Below, piece by piece: positions 22,722 through 32,330 of a DNA stretch of 64,000 bases. Each line of letters begins with the position of its first letter. Positions within the stretch are counted from its first letter, which is position 1. The stretch comes from an uncultured delta proteobacterium (GTDB lineage: Bacteria; Desulfobacterota; Binatia; JACPRU01): positions 772 through 64,771 of the forward strand of contig CAWBOU010000001.1 of assembly GCA_963790365.1 (NCBI GenBank). The letters are read 5' to 3'. The notes beneath the pieces are model-generated. The model made no database searches and had not been told where the DNA came from. It saw only the letters and a program-made list of their open reading frames with translations. The translations under genes were made by a program, and so were the position numbers.

Positions 22722-23396
22722 TTACTTCCGCTTCGAGGGCGCCTTCTTCTTCGCCACCGACTTCTTCTTCGCGACCGAGCGCTTCTTCGCGCCGGCCTTC
22801 ACGCTGCCGCGCGCCGGGCGCTTCGTGGTCTTGCGCGGTGCGCTCCGTGCGGGGCGCGGCCCACTCGGCTGGAACATCCGCGTCACGCGCTGCGTCGCAG
22901 CCTCGGCCATCCCGAGGATCGACGTGCCCGGCGACTTCGCGGCCTGCGCCCGTGCCGGAGTCGCCGGTGCGGACTTCTTGTCGCGCGCGAGCTGCATGCC
23001 GATCTCGTTCAAGCGGCGCTCGCCGAGCTTCTTCGACATCGCGGGGAAGATCTCCCGCTCCTCTTCCTTCACGTGGTGATCAATCGCCTGGCGGAGCGTC
23101 GCCACCTTGGCATCGGCGTCGAAGGTGCCGGGCTGGCCGCCGGAGAGCTCGGCGAGGAGCCCCTTGGCCGACTCGTGCTCCTCGACCGCTTCCTTGGTGA
23201 GCTCCGGCCCGCGCTCGATCGACGTCCGCAGGACGGGATAGAGCACCCGCTCCTCGGCGACCATGTGGACCGAGAGCTCCCGGGTGATCTCACCGAGAAC
23301 CTGCCGTTTGCGGCCCTCGTCGGACGCCTTGGCGTATTGCGCGAACAGCTTCTCGACCTTGCGGTGGTCGTTCTTCAACAGTGTGACGACATTCAT
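22722..23396 (-). CDS. Hemerythrin-domain protein with basic tail
   Basis: DHRKV, HMVAEE, EH, HHVKEEE. Confidence 0.9.
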   Translation of the reverse strand: MNVVTLLKNDHRKVEKLFAQYAKASDEGRKRQVLGEITRELSVHMVAEERVLYPVLRTSIERGPELTKEAVEEHESAKGLLAELSGGQPGTFDADAKVATLRQAIDHHVKEEEREIFPAMSKKLGERRLNEIGMQLARDKKSAPATPARAQAAKSPGTSILGMAEAATQRVTRMFQPSGPRPARSAPRKTTKRPARGSVKAGAKKRSVAKKKSVAKKKAPSKRK

Positions 23397-23435
23397 ACGT
23401 CGTCAAACACCGGAATCCCCCGCCGGGATCACCGA

Positions 23436-25360
23436 TCAGCGGCGCTCGAAGTCGGCGAGGTCGGGCGTGCGCGTCCACGTCCAATAGTCGACGAGGCGCC
23501 AGGGGGAGGTCGTCACCACCCTGCCCGCCGCGTTCTTGTACCAGCTCCCGGACCCGGGGTGGGACCAGACGAGCTCCGCATGCCGCGCCTCGAAGCGCTC
23601 GTAGTAGGCGTCCTGAACGTCTTGCCGGACCTCCATCGTCGCGGCCCCATCGCGGAGGAGCGCGGCGAGACAGCCCATCACGTAACGGACCTGGCATTCC
23701 GAGTGGAAGATGATGCTGCCGGCATGCGCCAGGTTCGTGCCCGGGCCGTAGAGACAGAAGAGATTCGGGAATCGCGGCACGGTGATGCCGAGATAAGCGC
23801 GTGGCTCGTCGCCCCAGACTTCGCGGAGCGAGGCCCCTCCCCGCCCGGCGATCTCCATCGGCCAGAGGAAGCGGTTCGCGTGGAACCCGGTCGCGAAGAC
23901 GATGACGTCGACCGCGTGCTCGCGCCGTCCGCGCAGCGAATCCCGTCGCGGCGGATCTCGGTGATCCCGTCGGTGACGAGCTCGACGTTTTTCCTCTTCA
24001 GGGCCCCGAGCCAGCGGCCGTCGTCCTGGAGCATGCGCTTGATGAACGGCGGATAGGTCGGCGTCACCTTCGCGAGCAGGTCGGCGTCGTCGCCGATCGT
24101 GTCCGCCATCACCTGCGTGAACATCGCGCGCATCATGTCGTTCAGCTCGTTCACCGCGCGCTCGGGATGCGGGAACTCGGGATCGACGACGAGCGACGGC
24201 AGGAGCCCGTCCGACATCGGCCAGAAGAGCAGGAAGCGGAACCAGCGCGCATACGCGGGCACGTGCGCGAGGAGCCATTTCTTCTGCTCGCTGACGCGCG
24301 CGTGGTAGAGCGGGTTCCGCACCATCCACGGCGCGGAGCGCTGGAAGACCGACACTCGAGCGGCTTCCTCGGCGATCGCCGGCACGAGCTGGAACGCGCT
24401 CGCGCCGGTGCCGACGACGGCGACGCGCTTGCCACGGAGATCGAGGCCGCGCGGCCATCGCGCGGAGTGGAAGGCGGGACCGCCGAACGTCTCGCGGCCC
24501 GGGATCTCGGGGATCTTCGGCCGATTGAGCTGCCCGACCGCGGAGATCACCGCGTTCGCTTCGAGCACCTCCTCGCCGCCCTCGCCGCGCACGCGCATGC
24601 ACCACCGCGAGCGCGCTTCGTCGAAGCGCGCCTCCACGACCTCGGTGCGGAAGCGGATCTTCTCGCGGATGCCGTAGTCCGTCGCACAGCGCTCGAAGTA
24701 CGCGTGGAGCTCGTCCCGCCGCGAAAAGAACTCCGACCACTCGTGATTCGGCGCGAATGAATAGCTGTAGAAGTGATTCGCGACGTCGACGCGACAGCCG
24801 GGATAGACGTTCTCGAGCCACGTGCCCCCGACCGCTCCGTTCTTCTCGACGACGACGTAAGGGATGCCCGCCTCCTCGAGACGGATCGCGGCGAGGATGC
24901 CCGACATGCCGGCGCCGATGACGACGACGCGGAAGCGCTTCCGCGCTTCGGGCGACACGCCGCTCCAGGCGACGCCCCGAGAATCCCCGCCCTCGAGCGC
25001 CATCTCCTCGAGCATCATCGGCACGTACTCGCCCGGCACTTCGGTGCCGACGAGGAAGCTCATCATTTCTCTGATCGTCTCGGCGGCCGGCACCGGGGGA
25101 AGCGTGCATCCGCGATCGCGGTAGGCACGCAGCGCGTCGAGCGCGAGCTTCCGCACCGCGGCCTTGTCTTCCGCGGACATTCCGCCGTCGACGTCGAACG
25201 GCACGGCCGAGCCAGGACGCAACGCACCGCGAAGCAGGCCGACGTCACCCGTCAGGTGGACGAGCGCCATCATCAGCGTCGGGACGCTCGCGTGCTCGAG
25301 CGCGTCGGCGAGAAAGGCGTCGTCCTCGACGATCGGCAGGAGCGCTGGCGACCGGCCCAC
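23436..25360 (-). CDS. Baeyer-Villiger monooxygenase (4-hydroxyacetophenone monooxygenase-like), one frameshift near 23925
   Basis: IGAGMSG, GGTWLENVYPG, FGGPAFHSARW fingerprint, GTGASA, ATGF; start uncertain. Confidence 0.88.
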
Positions 25361-25576
25361 GGTCGCGGCTTTATCGACGTTCGTCGCGGCGCGCCAGAAC
25401 GGAAATCTCGCGACGGACAAGCGCGACGCGTGGCGCTCGCCACCGCGAGCGGAGCGCCGTGTTTTAGAGCGCGCATCCCATGTCGCAGGCCGGGTCGGAT
25501 GCTCGGGCATGGTGCTCGGGTGACGACCCGGCCGACACGGCGACGGCCCCGCTCCTCATTTCGGCTTCCATCTACT

Positions 25577-25593
25577 TTTGCCTTTTCTTCGCC
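25577..25593. promoter_or_regulatory. Putative SOS/LexA-like direct-repeat box
   Basis: TTTGCCTTTTCTTCGCC; reverse complement resembles the box upstream of imuA. Confidence 0.4.
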
Positions 25594-25610
25594 TCTGCTA
25601 CAGGGCGCTC

Positions 25611-25871
25611 GTGGCGAAGGTGGGGCGTGCGCTGACGATCAACGGAGTGCGCTACCGCGTCCTTCGTCTGAACGCCGACACGCGTGCGCGCGGACCAGCG
25701 TTCCTCCTCCGCTCCGAGCTCGGCGAGGTCTACGGCCTCTATCGCCAAGGCGCGCAGCCGATGCGCCTCTACGCCTATGCGCTCCGCGCGAGCCCGCAGG
25801 CGATCGCGTTCCAGGAGCTCGATTTCTTCGACGCGGAGGGCGAGCTGACCGTCGCGCGAAGGACGCGGTGA
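25611..25871 (+). CDS. Hypothetical protein
   Basis: GTG start, protein-like composition, 86 aa. Confidence 0.55.
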   Translation: MAKVGRALTINGVRYRVLRLNADTRARGPAFLLRSELGEVYGLYRQGAQPMRLYAYALRASPQAIAFQELDFFDAEGELTVARRTR

Positions 25872-25932
25872 CGTCGAATCACAGGATCCGCGAGGCCGGC
25901 CGACCCGTTCTTGCGGCACCGGGGTTCGCCAG

Positions 25933-26409
25933 ATGGGCGAGGAGGTTGCCGTGGGCGTACGTCGAAACACGAAAACACAGGCCGTGAGGCTGAACATCGT
26001 CGATTGGCGCCTCGGCGATGACCGGCTCGTCGCGGCGTTCGACTGGGTCGCCGAGAAGATTCCGGACGAGGACCTCGAGAGCTTTCCCGATCTCGAGGTG
26101 ATCGAGGTCGCGCAAACGACCTGGGGCGCCAACGTCAGGGCGACGGGGCCCGGAGTGATCCAGATCCAGCTCGCGCCGAGACAGCTCCTCGAGATGACGA
26201 GCGGATCGTTACCGGCGCTCGGTGGCCTGATCGCTCACGAGCTCGCCCACGCGTTCTTCCGCCATCCCCGACGTGATGCGGCCGACCGCAACGGGCTCGC
26301 CGAGGAGCACGAAGCCGACGCCAAGGCCCGCGAGTGGGTCGGAGACGACGCGGTCGACGAGTTCCGCGCCTCGGTCGGTCCGCCGGCGACCGGCGACCGG
26401 CAACCCTGA
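25933..26409 (+). CDS. HExxH zinc metallopeptidase-like protein (ImmA/IrrE-like motif spacing)
   Basis: AHELAH...EEHEADAKA. Confidence 0.6.
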   Translation: MGEEVAVGVRRNTKTQAVRLNIVDWRLGDDRLVAAFDWVAEKIPDEDLESFPDLEVIEVAQTTWGANVRATGPGVIQIQLAPRQLLEMTSGSLPALGGLIAHELAHAFFRHPRRDAADRNGLAEEHEADAKAREWVGDDAVDEFRASVGPPATGDRQP

Positions 26410-26474
26410 CGCACGAACGCGCTTAGACCCTCGCGACGCACGCCGCCGGAGCTGTAAGCTCGCCTCGAGCCGCG

Positions 26475-27146
26475 ATGTTCCTCCGCGCCGTCGTCGCCAT
26501 CGATGTCTCGCTGATTGCGCTCGGCATCGTTCTCGGCCTCCGCCGGGCGGATCCTTCGCGCTACTTCAACGAAGCCAAGTTCCTGACTTATCTCTCGTGC
26601 GCGCAGCTCTTCGCGACCGGAGTGATGAGCGGATTCATCTTTCGCTGGCGCCGAGAAGCGACGGCGGAGCTCCGCACCCTCCTTTGGCTGCTCCTAGCGG
26701 CGGGGTTCGTCTTCCTCGCGATCGATGACGCCTTCGAGATCCACGAGCAGCTCGATCCCCTGATCCATCGGGGTCTAGACCTGGAGGAGTCGGCGCTCTC
26801 CGATCGGCTCGACGACCTGCTGGTCCTCGCCTACGGCGCTGTCGGCGTCTCCATCCTCTTCGTCTTTCGCGGTGAGCTCCTCCTGCACCGAGAGATGGTC
26901 CCGTATCTCGCGGCCGGCCTCGTCCTTTCCGTCGTCGAGGTCTTCTTCGACGCCCTCGGCAACCGGCCGGACGTCATGTCGCTGGTCGATCCCGCCTCTG
27001 CCGCAGCGTTGGTGAACTGGGTCGACGTGCTCGAGGGCACGTCTCAGCTGCTCGCCGAGGCCATGTTCCTGACGGCTTTCTTCGCCGCAGGCCGGATCGC
27101 GCGGAGAGGAGCGCGAGGGAAGACGGCGTTTACCGGAACTGAATGA
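26475..27146 (+). CDS. Multi-pass membrane protein
   Basis: About six hydrophobic helices; FLAIDDAFEIHE motif. Confidence 0.75.
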   Translation: MFLRAVVAIDVSLIALGIVLGLRRADPSRYFNEAKFLTYLSCAQLFATGVMSGFIFRWRREATAELRTLLWLLLAAGFVFLAIDDAFEIHEQLDPLIHRGLDLEESALSDRLDDLLVLAYGAVGVSILFVFRGELLLHREMVPYLAAGLVLSVVEVFFDALGNRPDVMSLVDPASAAALVNWVDVLEGTSQLLAEAMFLTAFFAAGRIARRGARGKTAFTGTE

Positions 27147-27231
27147 AGCCCGTCATCACGGCGACGATCGCAGCGAAGAAGCAGACCGGAAACAGCTTCG
27201 TCATCACTTCTTGCATCACCGAGGTCCCCAT
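27130..27231 (-). CDS. Possible 33-aa membrane peptide
   Basis: MGTSVMQEVMTKLFPVCFFAAIVAVMTGFIQFR*, read manually. Confidence 0.3.
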   Translation of the reverse strand: MGTSVMQEVMTKLFPVCFFAAIVAVMTGFIQFR

Positions 27232-27319
27232 GGGCCACTCAACCCTGAATGTTCGCGCTCGTAGCGACCGCGCGACTTTGGTCTAGGGCGCCGCGATGAT
27301 CCCTCGCCGTGACGCGGCC

Positions 27320-27517
27320 CTAGTGCTCGCCGCGCGCCTTGTCCTGCATCTCCTCGCCGGCGTCCTCCATCTTCTCGCCGAGCTTCTCCATGCCCTCGTC
27401 GATCTTCGAGCCCGCACGCTCTGCCGGCCCCTGATCACTCTCCTTGGGGCAAGCGACCAGCAGACTCCCGGAAACCATCAGCGCACCGAACAACAATGCT
27501 CGTGAACGTTTGTCCAT
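27320..27517 (-). CDS. Small lipoprotein
   Basis: LVAC lipobox, GPAERAGSKIDE motif. Confidence 0.75.
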   Translation of the reverse strand: MDKRSRALLFGALMVSGSLLVACPKESDQGPAERAGSKIDEGMEKLGEKMEDAGEEMQDKARGEH

Positions 27518-27575
27518 GACGCGGCCCCTATCATCCATCAGACGCCGAACGAAAGCGTGGGACTCGGCTCGTTCC

Positions 27576-27854
27576 CTACGAGCGCCCGGTCGCCTTCGCG
27601 ATGATCGCGTCGACGACTTCAGCCGAGGTCGGCTGGTGGAAGAGCAGCTTCCACCGATCGCCATTGCCGGTGATCTCGCGAAGATCGGCCTGGATCTCCG
27701 ACAGGGCCTGGTCCGAGACGTACTCGAAGGAAAGGATTCGCTTCCCTGCAACGTCGATCCAGACGCTGTAGTCGTAGATCCAGCTGAAGCCCCCGCGGTC
27801 GAGCCACGCGAGCTTCACCGGTCCAACGTCTTTCGGGTTGTCGAGCGCGCCCAT
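27576..27854 (-). CDS. Hypothetical protein
   Basis: 92-aa ORF with protein-like composition. Confidence 0.45.
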   Translation of the reverse strand: MGALDNPKDVGPVKLAWLDRGGFSWIYDYSVWIDVAGKRILSFEYVSDQALSEIQADLREITGNGDRWKLLFHQPTSAEVVDAIIAKATGRS

Positions 27855-27959
27855 CGCACCAGCAACCGTAAACCCGCCGCGGCGGAATGCAAGGACCGGT
27901 GCGAACGGTTGTCGCGTCGCCCTGATCTCCTACGTGTTCCGTCAGACAGGAGAATCCGA

Positions 27960-28277
27960 ATGAAACGACTCGCACTCGCCGCCTTCCTCGTCGGCCTCGC
28001 CACGCCCGCCTTCGCCGGTGACTTGAGCGCCGGCTTCAATTACCAGCCGCAGCAGCAAGGGCGCGCAACCTCGGCGCCGAGCTACTCCGCGCCGAGCTAC
28101 GGGCACGGTGAGTACTACCGGCCCCGGCGCCTTCCTGGCCGGGAGGTCACGACGATCACGCCGACCGACGACGGCGGGACGCGCATCGAGACAAAGCGCT
28201 ACTACGAGAGCGGCGGCACGGCGGGCACGAAGTCGAGCTCGGGCGCGTGGTCGAAGAGCTCGCCTCTAGCGAAGTAA
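27960..28277 (+). CDS. Secreted hypothetical protein
   Basis: AGGAGA RBS, MKRLALAAFLVGLATPAFA signal peptide. Confidence 0.65.
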   Translation: MKRLALAAFLVGLATPAFAGDLSAGFNYQPQQQGRATSAPSYSAPSYGHGEYYRPRRLPGREVTTITPTDDGGTRIETKRYYESGGTAGTKSSSGAWSKSSPLAK

Positions 28278-28313
28278 CGAACCGGCGTCGCGTCTCGGCG
28301 GGAGGGCGGCGCT

Positions 28314-29156
28314 CTACGCCGGCCGCTGCGCTGCGAACGGCATGGCGAGGATCTCCACGATCCCAATCTCCTCGGAGTCTCGGTACTCCGGTATGCCGAT
28401 GGTCAGCTCGGCCTGCGGCACGTTCAGCTCGTGAGTTCCGTGCACGTAGTCGGGCAGCGCGAGAATCGTCGACCAGTTGGAATTCGTCTCCTCCGGTACG
28501 ATCGAATGATGGATGCCGTGCATCCGCGGCGTCATGAAGAGGCGGCAGAGCCGGCGCTCGACGCCGACCGGCAGCTCGACATTCGAGTGGTGGAAGAGAA
28601 TCGCGACGATCGTTGCGGTCTGCCAGCCCGAGAGCGAGAGCGGAGCGGCACCGATCAGCAGCACCTGCGCTGCACGCCACGGGACCGACAGCACCATCTC
28701 CGCGAAATGAAACCGTAGCGCCGTCGAGGTGGTCAGATCGAGATCCGCGTGGTGAACCCGGTGGAATCGCCAGAGGAACGGCAGCCGATGCGTCAGCACG
28801 TGCCAGAGGTAGAGCGTGTAGTCGAGGAGGACGAAGGCTGTCGCGACCTCGACCGCGGGCGGTAGCTTCATCGCCTTGACCACGCCCCAGCCCCGTTCGT
28901 GCACGAGGCGTGTCAGACGGTCCGTGAGGGGCTTCTCCGTCACCTGGATCGCCGCCGCGCTGAGGACCGCCATCGCGAGGTTCCGGGCCTCGTGATTGAC
29001 CTCGCGTTCGGTCCGACGCCGAAGCGGCCGACGGCGCTCGAGCCAAGACAGCATGACGAGCGTACCGGCGATCGCGATGATGCCGACCCAGGGCGGCAGC
29101 GGTCGAGCCAGCGCATCCGTGGATCGAGAAGCCCGCAGCGCCGCGAGCGGGCTCAA
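28314..29156 (-). CDS. Sterol desaturase/fatty acid hydroxylase family protein
   Basis: His boxes WHVLTH, FHRVHH, FHHSN, MHGIHH. Confidence 0.9.
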   Translation of the reverse strand: MSPLAALRASRSTDALARPLPPWVGIIAIAGTLVMLSWLERRRPLRRRTEREVNHEARNLAMAVLSAAAIQVTEKPLTDRLTRLVHERGWGVVKAMKLPPAVEVATAFVLLDYTLYLWHVLTHRLPFLWRFHRVHHADLDLTTSTALRFHFAEMVLSVPWRAAQVLLIGAAPLSLSGWQTATIVAILFHHSNVELPVGVERRLCRLFMTPRMHGIHHSIVPEETNSNWSTILALPDYVHGTHELNVPQAELTIGIPEYRDSEEIGIVEILAMPFAAQRPA

Positions 29157-29160
29157 GGGC

Positions 29161-29307
29161 TCACAGGCGCCCGGTGAGCGCCATCACGACCAGCACGATG
29201 AGCAGGATTCCACCGATCCCCAATCCGCCACGCGGCCCGTAGGCGTAGTAACCGCCGCCGCCGCCGAACAGCAACAGTATGATCAGAATCAGCAATAGAG
29301 GGGACAT
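29161..29307 (-). CDS. DUF3309-like small membrane protein
   Basis: LILIILLLFGGGGGYY...GGILLIVLVV; GGAGG RBS. Confidence 0.8.
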   Translation of the reverse strand: MSPLLLILIILLLFGGGGGYYAYGPRGGLGIGGILLIVLVVMALTGRL

Positions 29308-29433
29308 TCGGACCTCCTTTGAAAGCTGCTCCCGGTTGCGCGCCCTGATGCACGCTCCTTCCCCCCATGACAGAAAGAACCGAAGGGGAACTATAAGGGA
29401 CAACCCCACGTGGAGCCGGCTTTTCCCGGCGGA

Positions 29434-30528
29434 TCAGTACCCGTAGACGTAGATCGTTACGCCGAGATTTTTCCGCTGGCTCGCAAGCAAGAGTCGGCGA
29501 CCCGCAGTGTCGACGGTCATGCCGCCCAGGCCTGCCGTCTCGGCGGAAGGCTCCGTCAGCTGGCGATACGCGTAGGGGTGGACGTCTGTGGGTGCGAGCT
29601 GGCCCGCGCGCACCGCTTCGAGATCGGCGCGGTCGTACAGATAGAGCCACGATGAGTAGGGGTCGTGGTGGTAGCCCCTCGCGGCTGATCGCGGTGCGAA
29701 GCCGTAGAGCGCTTCGAAGTCGGCCGGGTTTCCGTAGAACTCTCGCTCACCCTCCTCGACGGACCAGACGAGCGTATCGTCGATGATCGCCGACCCGAAA
29801 GCTGGGAGCGACGTCAGCCAGTCCCGGCCGTCCGCCATCTTCTCGCGCAGCGTCGCGGTGTGCTCCATCAACGGGAGCACGTTCGTCGGAGACGCGAGAT
29901 CGAGCTCGTACGCCGCAGGACCGAAGTTGCTCGAACCGGCGCCCGGTACACCCGTAAGACCGATCAGCGCCTTGCCGTCGCCTGCGTCCGCGATCGGGCC
30001 AGAGATCTTGTTGTTCGAACCGACTTCCCATGGCCCCGAGACGTTGACCGCGCCGTGATCGACGCATCCGGCGTCTTGTGCGTCCTGGTTGCTCACGTTG
30101 TACCAGATGGTCTGCGTCCAGCAGAGTCGATCGCTCGGCCCGTCCCAGAGGAGGCCGTGAATCCGCGTTTGTCTCGTCGTGTTGATCTTCGGGATGCGCG
30201 CCCAGACGCGCTCGATGACTACCGCCGTCGGTTCTCCTACGAGACTTTCCGGCACGGCGAAGAGCCCGACACACGTCGGATCCTGCCCGTGCGACGTGAC
30301 AAAGATCGAATTGTCGGCCGCCCGATACGCGATCGTGCCGAAGGAGTACGCCTGTTGATTGCACTTCGGCTCCTGCGTGCTGCCCGGCGGGATCTTGAAT
30401 GACCCCTGGTAAGTAAACTGCGGCGTCCGGGCGAGAGCCCGTTCCGCGCCGTCGCCGCCACCTCCACCTCCGCCACAGCCGATACCGACCACCAGCAGCA
30501 ACGATGGGAAGGTGATGATTTTTTCCAT
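29434..30528 (-). CDS. Hypothetical lipoprotein, copy 1
   Basis: Signal peptide + GCGGGG; near-identical to 30686-31798. Confidence 0.75.
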   Translation of the reverse strand: MEKIITFPSLLLVVGIGCGGGGGGGDGAERALARTPQFTYQGSFKIPPGSTQEPKCNQQAYSFGTIAYRAADNSIFVTSHGQDPTCVGLFAVPESLVGEPTAVVIERVWARIPKINTTRQTRIHGLLWDGPSDRLCWTQTIWYNVSNQDAQDAGCVDHGAVNVSGPWEVGSNNKISGPIADAGDGKALIGLTGVPGAGSSNFGPAAYELDLASPTNVLPLMEHTATLREKMADGRDWLTSLPAFGSAIIDDTLVWSVEEGEREFYGNPADFEALYGFAPRSAARGYHHDPYSSWLYLYDRADLEAVRAGQLAPTDVHPYAYRQLTEPSAETAGLGGMTVDTAGRRLLLASQRKNLGVTIYVYGY

Positions 30529-30685
30529 CCGTGCTCCACCATGCGCCGAGGCGCGCGCCAAGCAAGCTTAATGCGCCTCCCATGCAAATCGAACACGACG
30601 ATGACGCCGACCGACGACGGCGGGACGCGCATCGAGTGCAAGAGGGGGCGAACGCGCTCTATCTGCCGATGATGGTCCCGGCGGA

Positions 30686-31798
30686 TCAGTACCCGTAGAC
30701 GTAGATCGTTACGCCGAGATTTTTCCGCTGGCTCGCAAGCAAGAGTCGGCGACCCGCAGTGTCGACGGTCATGCCGCCCAGGCCTGCCGTCTCGGCGGAA
30801 GGCTCGGTCAGCTCGCGGTACGCGTAGGGGTGGACGTCTGTGGGTGCGAGCTGGCCCGCGCGCACCGCTTCGAGATCGGCGCGGTCGTACAGATAGAGCC
30901 ACGATGAGTAGGGGTCGTGGTGGTACCCCTTACCGGTTGATCGCGGTGCGAAGCCGTAGAGCGCCTCGAAGTCCGCCGGGCTTCCGTAGAACTCTCGCTC
31001 ACCCTCCTCGACGGACCAGACGAGCGTATCGTCGATGATCGCCGACCCGAAAGCTGGGAGCGACGTCAGCCAGTCCCGCCCGTCCGCCATCTTCTCGCGC
31101 AGCGTCGCGGTGTGCTCCATCAACGGGAGCACGTTGGTCGGAGACGCGAGATCGAGCTCGTACACCGCAGGACCGAAGTTGCTCGAACCGGCGCCCGGTA
31201 CACCCGTAAGACCGATCAGCGCCTTACCGTCGCCTGCGTCCGCGATCGGGCCAGAGATCTTGTTATTCGAACCGACTTCCCATGGCCCCGAGACGTTGAC
31301 CGCGCCGTGATCGACGCATCCGGCGTCTTGTGCGTCCTGGTTGCTCACGTTGTACCAGATGGTCTGCGTCCAGCAGAGTCGATCGCTCGGCCCGTCCCAG
31401 AGGAGGCCGTGAATCCGCGTTTGCCTCGTCGTGTTGATCTTCGGGATGCGCGCCCAGACACGTTCGATCACTGCCGCCGTTGGTGTTCCGATGAGACTTT
31501 CCGGCACGGCGAAGAGCCCGACACACGTCGGATCCTGCCCGTGCGACGTGACAAAGATCGAATTGTCGGCCGCCCGATAGGCGATCGTGCCGAAGGAGTA
31601 CGCCTGTTGATTGCACTTCGGCTCACGCGTGCTCCCCGGCGGGATCTTGAATGACCCCTGGTAAGTAAACTGCGGCAACCGGGCGAGAGCCCGTTCCGCG
31701 ACCTCGACGTCGCCGTCACCGTGGCCGCCACCTCCGCCTCCGCCACAGCCCATCGCTACCACCAGCAGCAGCGACGAGAAGGTGATCATTCTTTCCAT
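30686..31798 (-). CDS. Hypothetical lipoprotein, copy 2
   Basis: Signal peptide + GCGGGG; near-identical to 29434-30528. Confidence 0.75.
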   Translation of the reverse strand: MERMITFSSLLLVVAMGCGGGGGGGHGDGDVEVAERALARLPQFTYQGSFKIPPGSTREPKCNQQAYSFGTIAYRAADNSIFVTSHGQDPTCVGLFAVPESLIGTPTAAVIERVWARIPKINTTRQTRIHGLLWDGPSDRLCWTQTIWYNVSNQDAQDAGCVDHGAVNVSGPWEVGSNNKISGPIADAGDGKALIGLTGVPGAGSSNFGPAVYELDLASPTNVLPLMEHTATLREKMADGRDWLTSLPAFGSAIIDDTLVWSVEEGEREFYGSPADFEALYGFAPRSTGKGYHHDPYSSWLYLYDRADLEAVRAGQLAPTDVHPYAYRELTEPSAETAGLGGMTVDTAGRRLLLASQRKNLGVTIYVYGY

Positions 31799-32330
31799 GT
31801 AGATCTAACGCGACAATCGCGCAGAGGGTTCGAGCCGCTACGATATGAGCGACGAGCGCGACCAGCGCGAAATCCTTCGGCGCGTCGATCTATACGTCGC
31901 CCGCCTATCCCGCATCGTGAAGCGATGAGCCCGCACAGAGCCCGCACAAAAGCAGCTCGCTGCGCTCTACCAAGGGTTGCAGATGGCGGCATGTGAATGA
32001 CCGAACGACGACCGATCCCACGGTCGGGTGCGATTCCAACTGTGGGATCCCGGGAACTCCCTTAAGGTATTCCCCCTATTTACTCCCTGGTCACTTCCGC
32101 GCTTCGTTCTGAGCATCGAAGACGAATGAGCCCCAAGAGATTCACACCGATGCAGCAACGCCATCCCACGCCGCCGGCCGCAGAGCTATTCACGGCTGCG
32201 AGACGTTTGGGCTCGACAGTGGCCGGGCGCAGTCGTCACTCCAGACCTGGCGCGAACGGCATCACGCTCCTACCTTTGTCACCGTTCCCCGAAGCGAAGC
32301 CGCCTAACCCCCGGAGGAAGGTGAAGGCGC

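Larger units (their letters stand above)
29424..31798. repeat. Direct tandem duplication of about 1.1 kb (29424-30528 and 30676-31798)
   Basis: Near-identical DNA with scattered substitutions and a short indel in the Gly linker. Confidence 0.95.

Noticed and set aside
29424-31798. Diversity-generating retroelement TR/VR pair
   Set aside because: Differences are not adenine-specific, the repeat covers the whole gene, and no reverse transcriptase is present.
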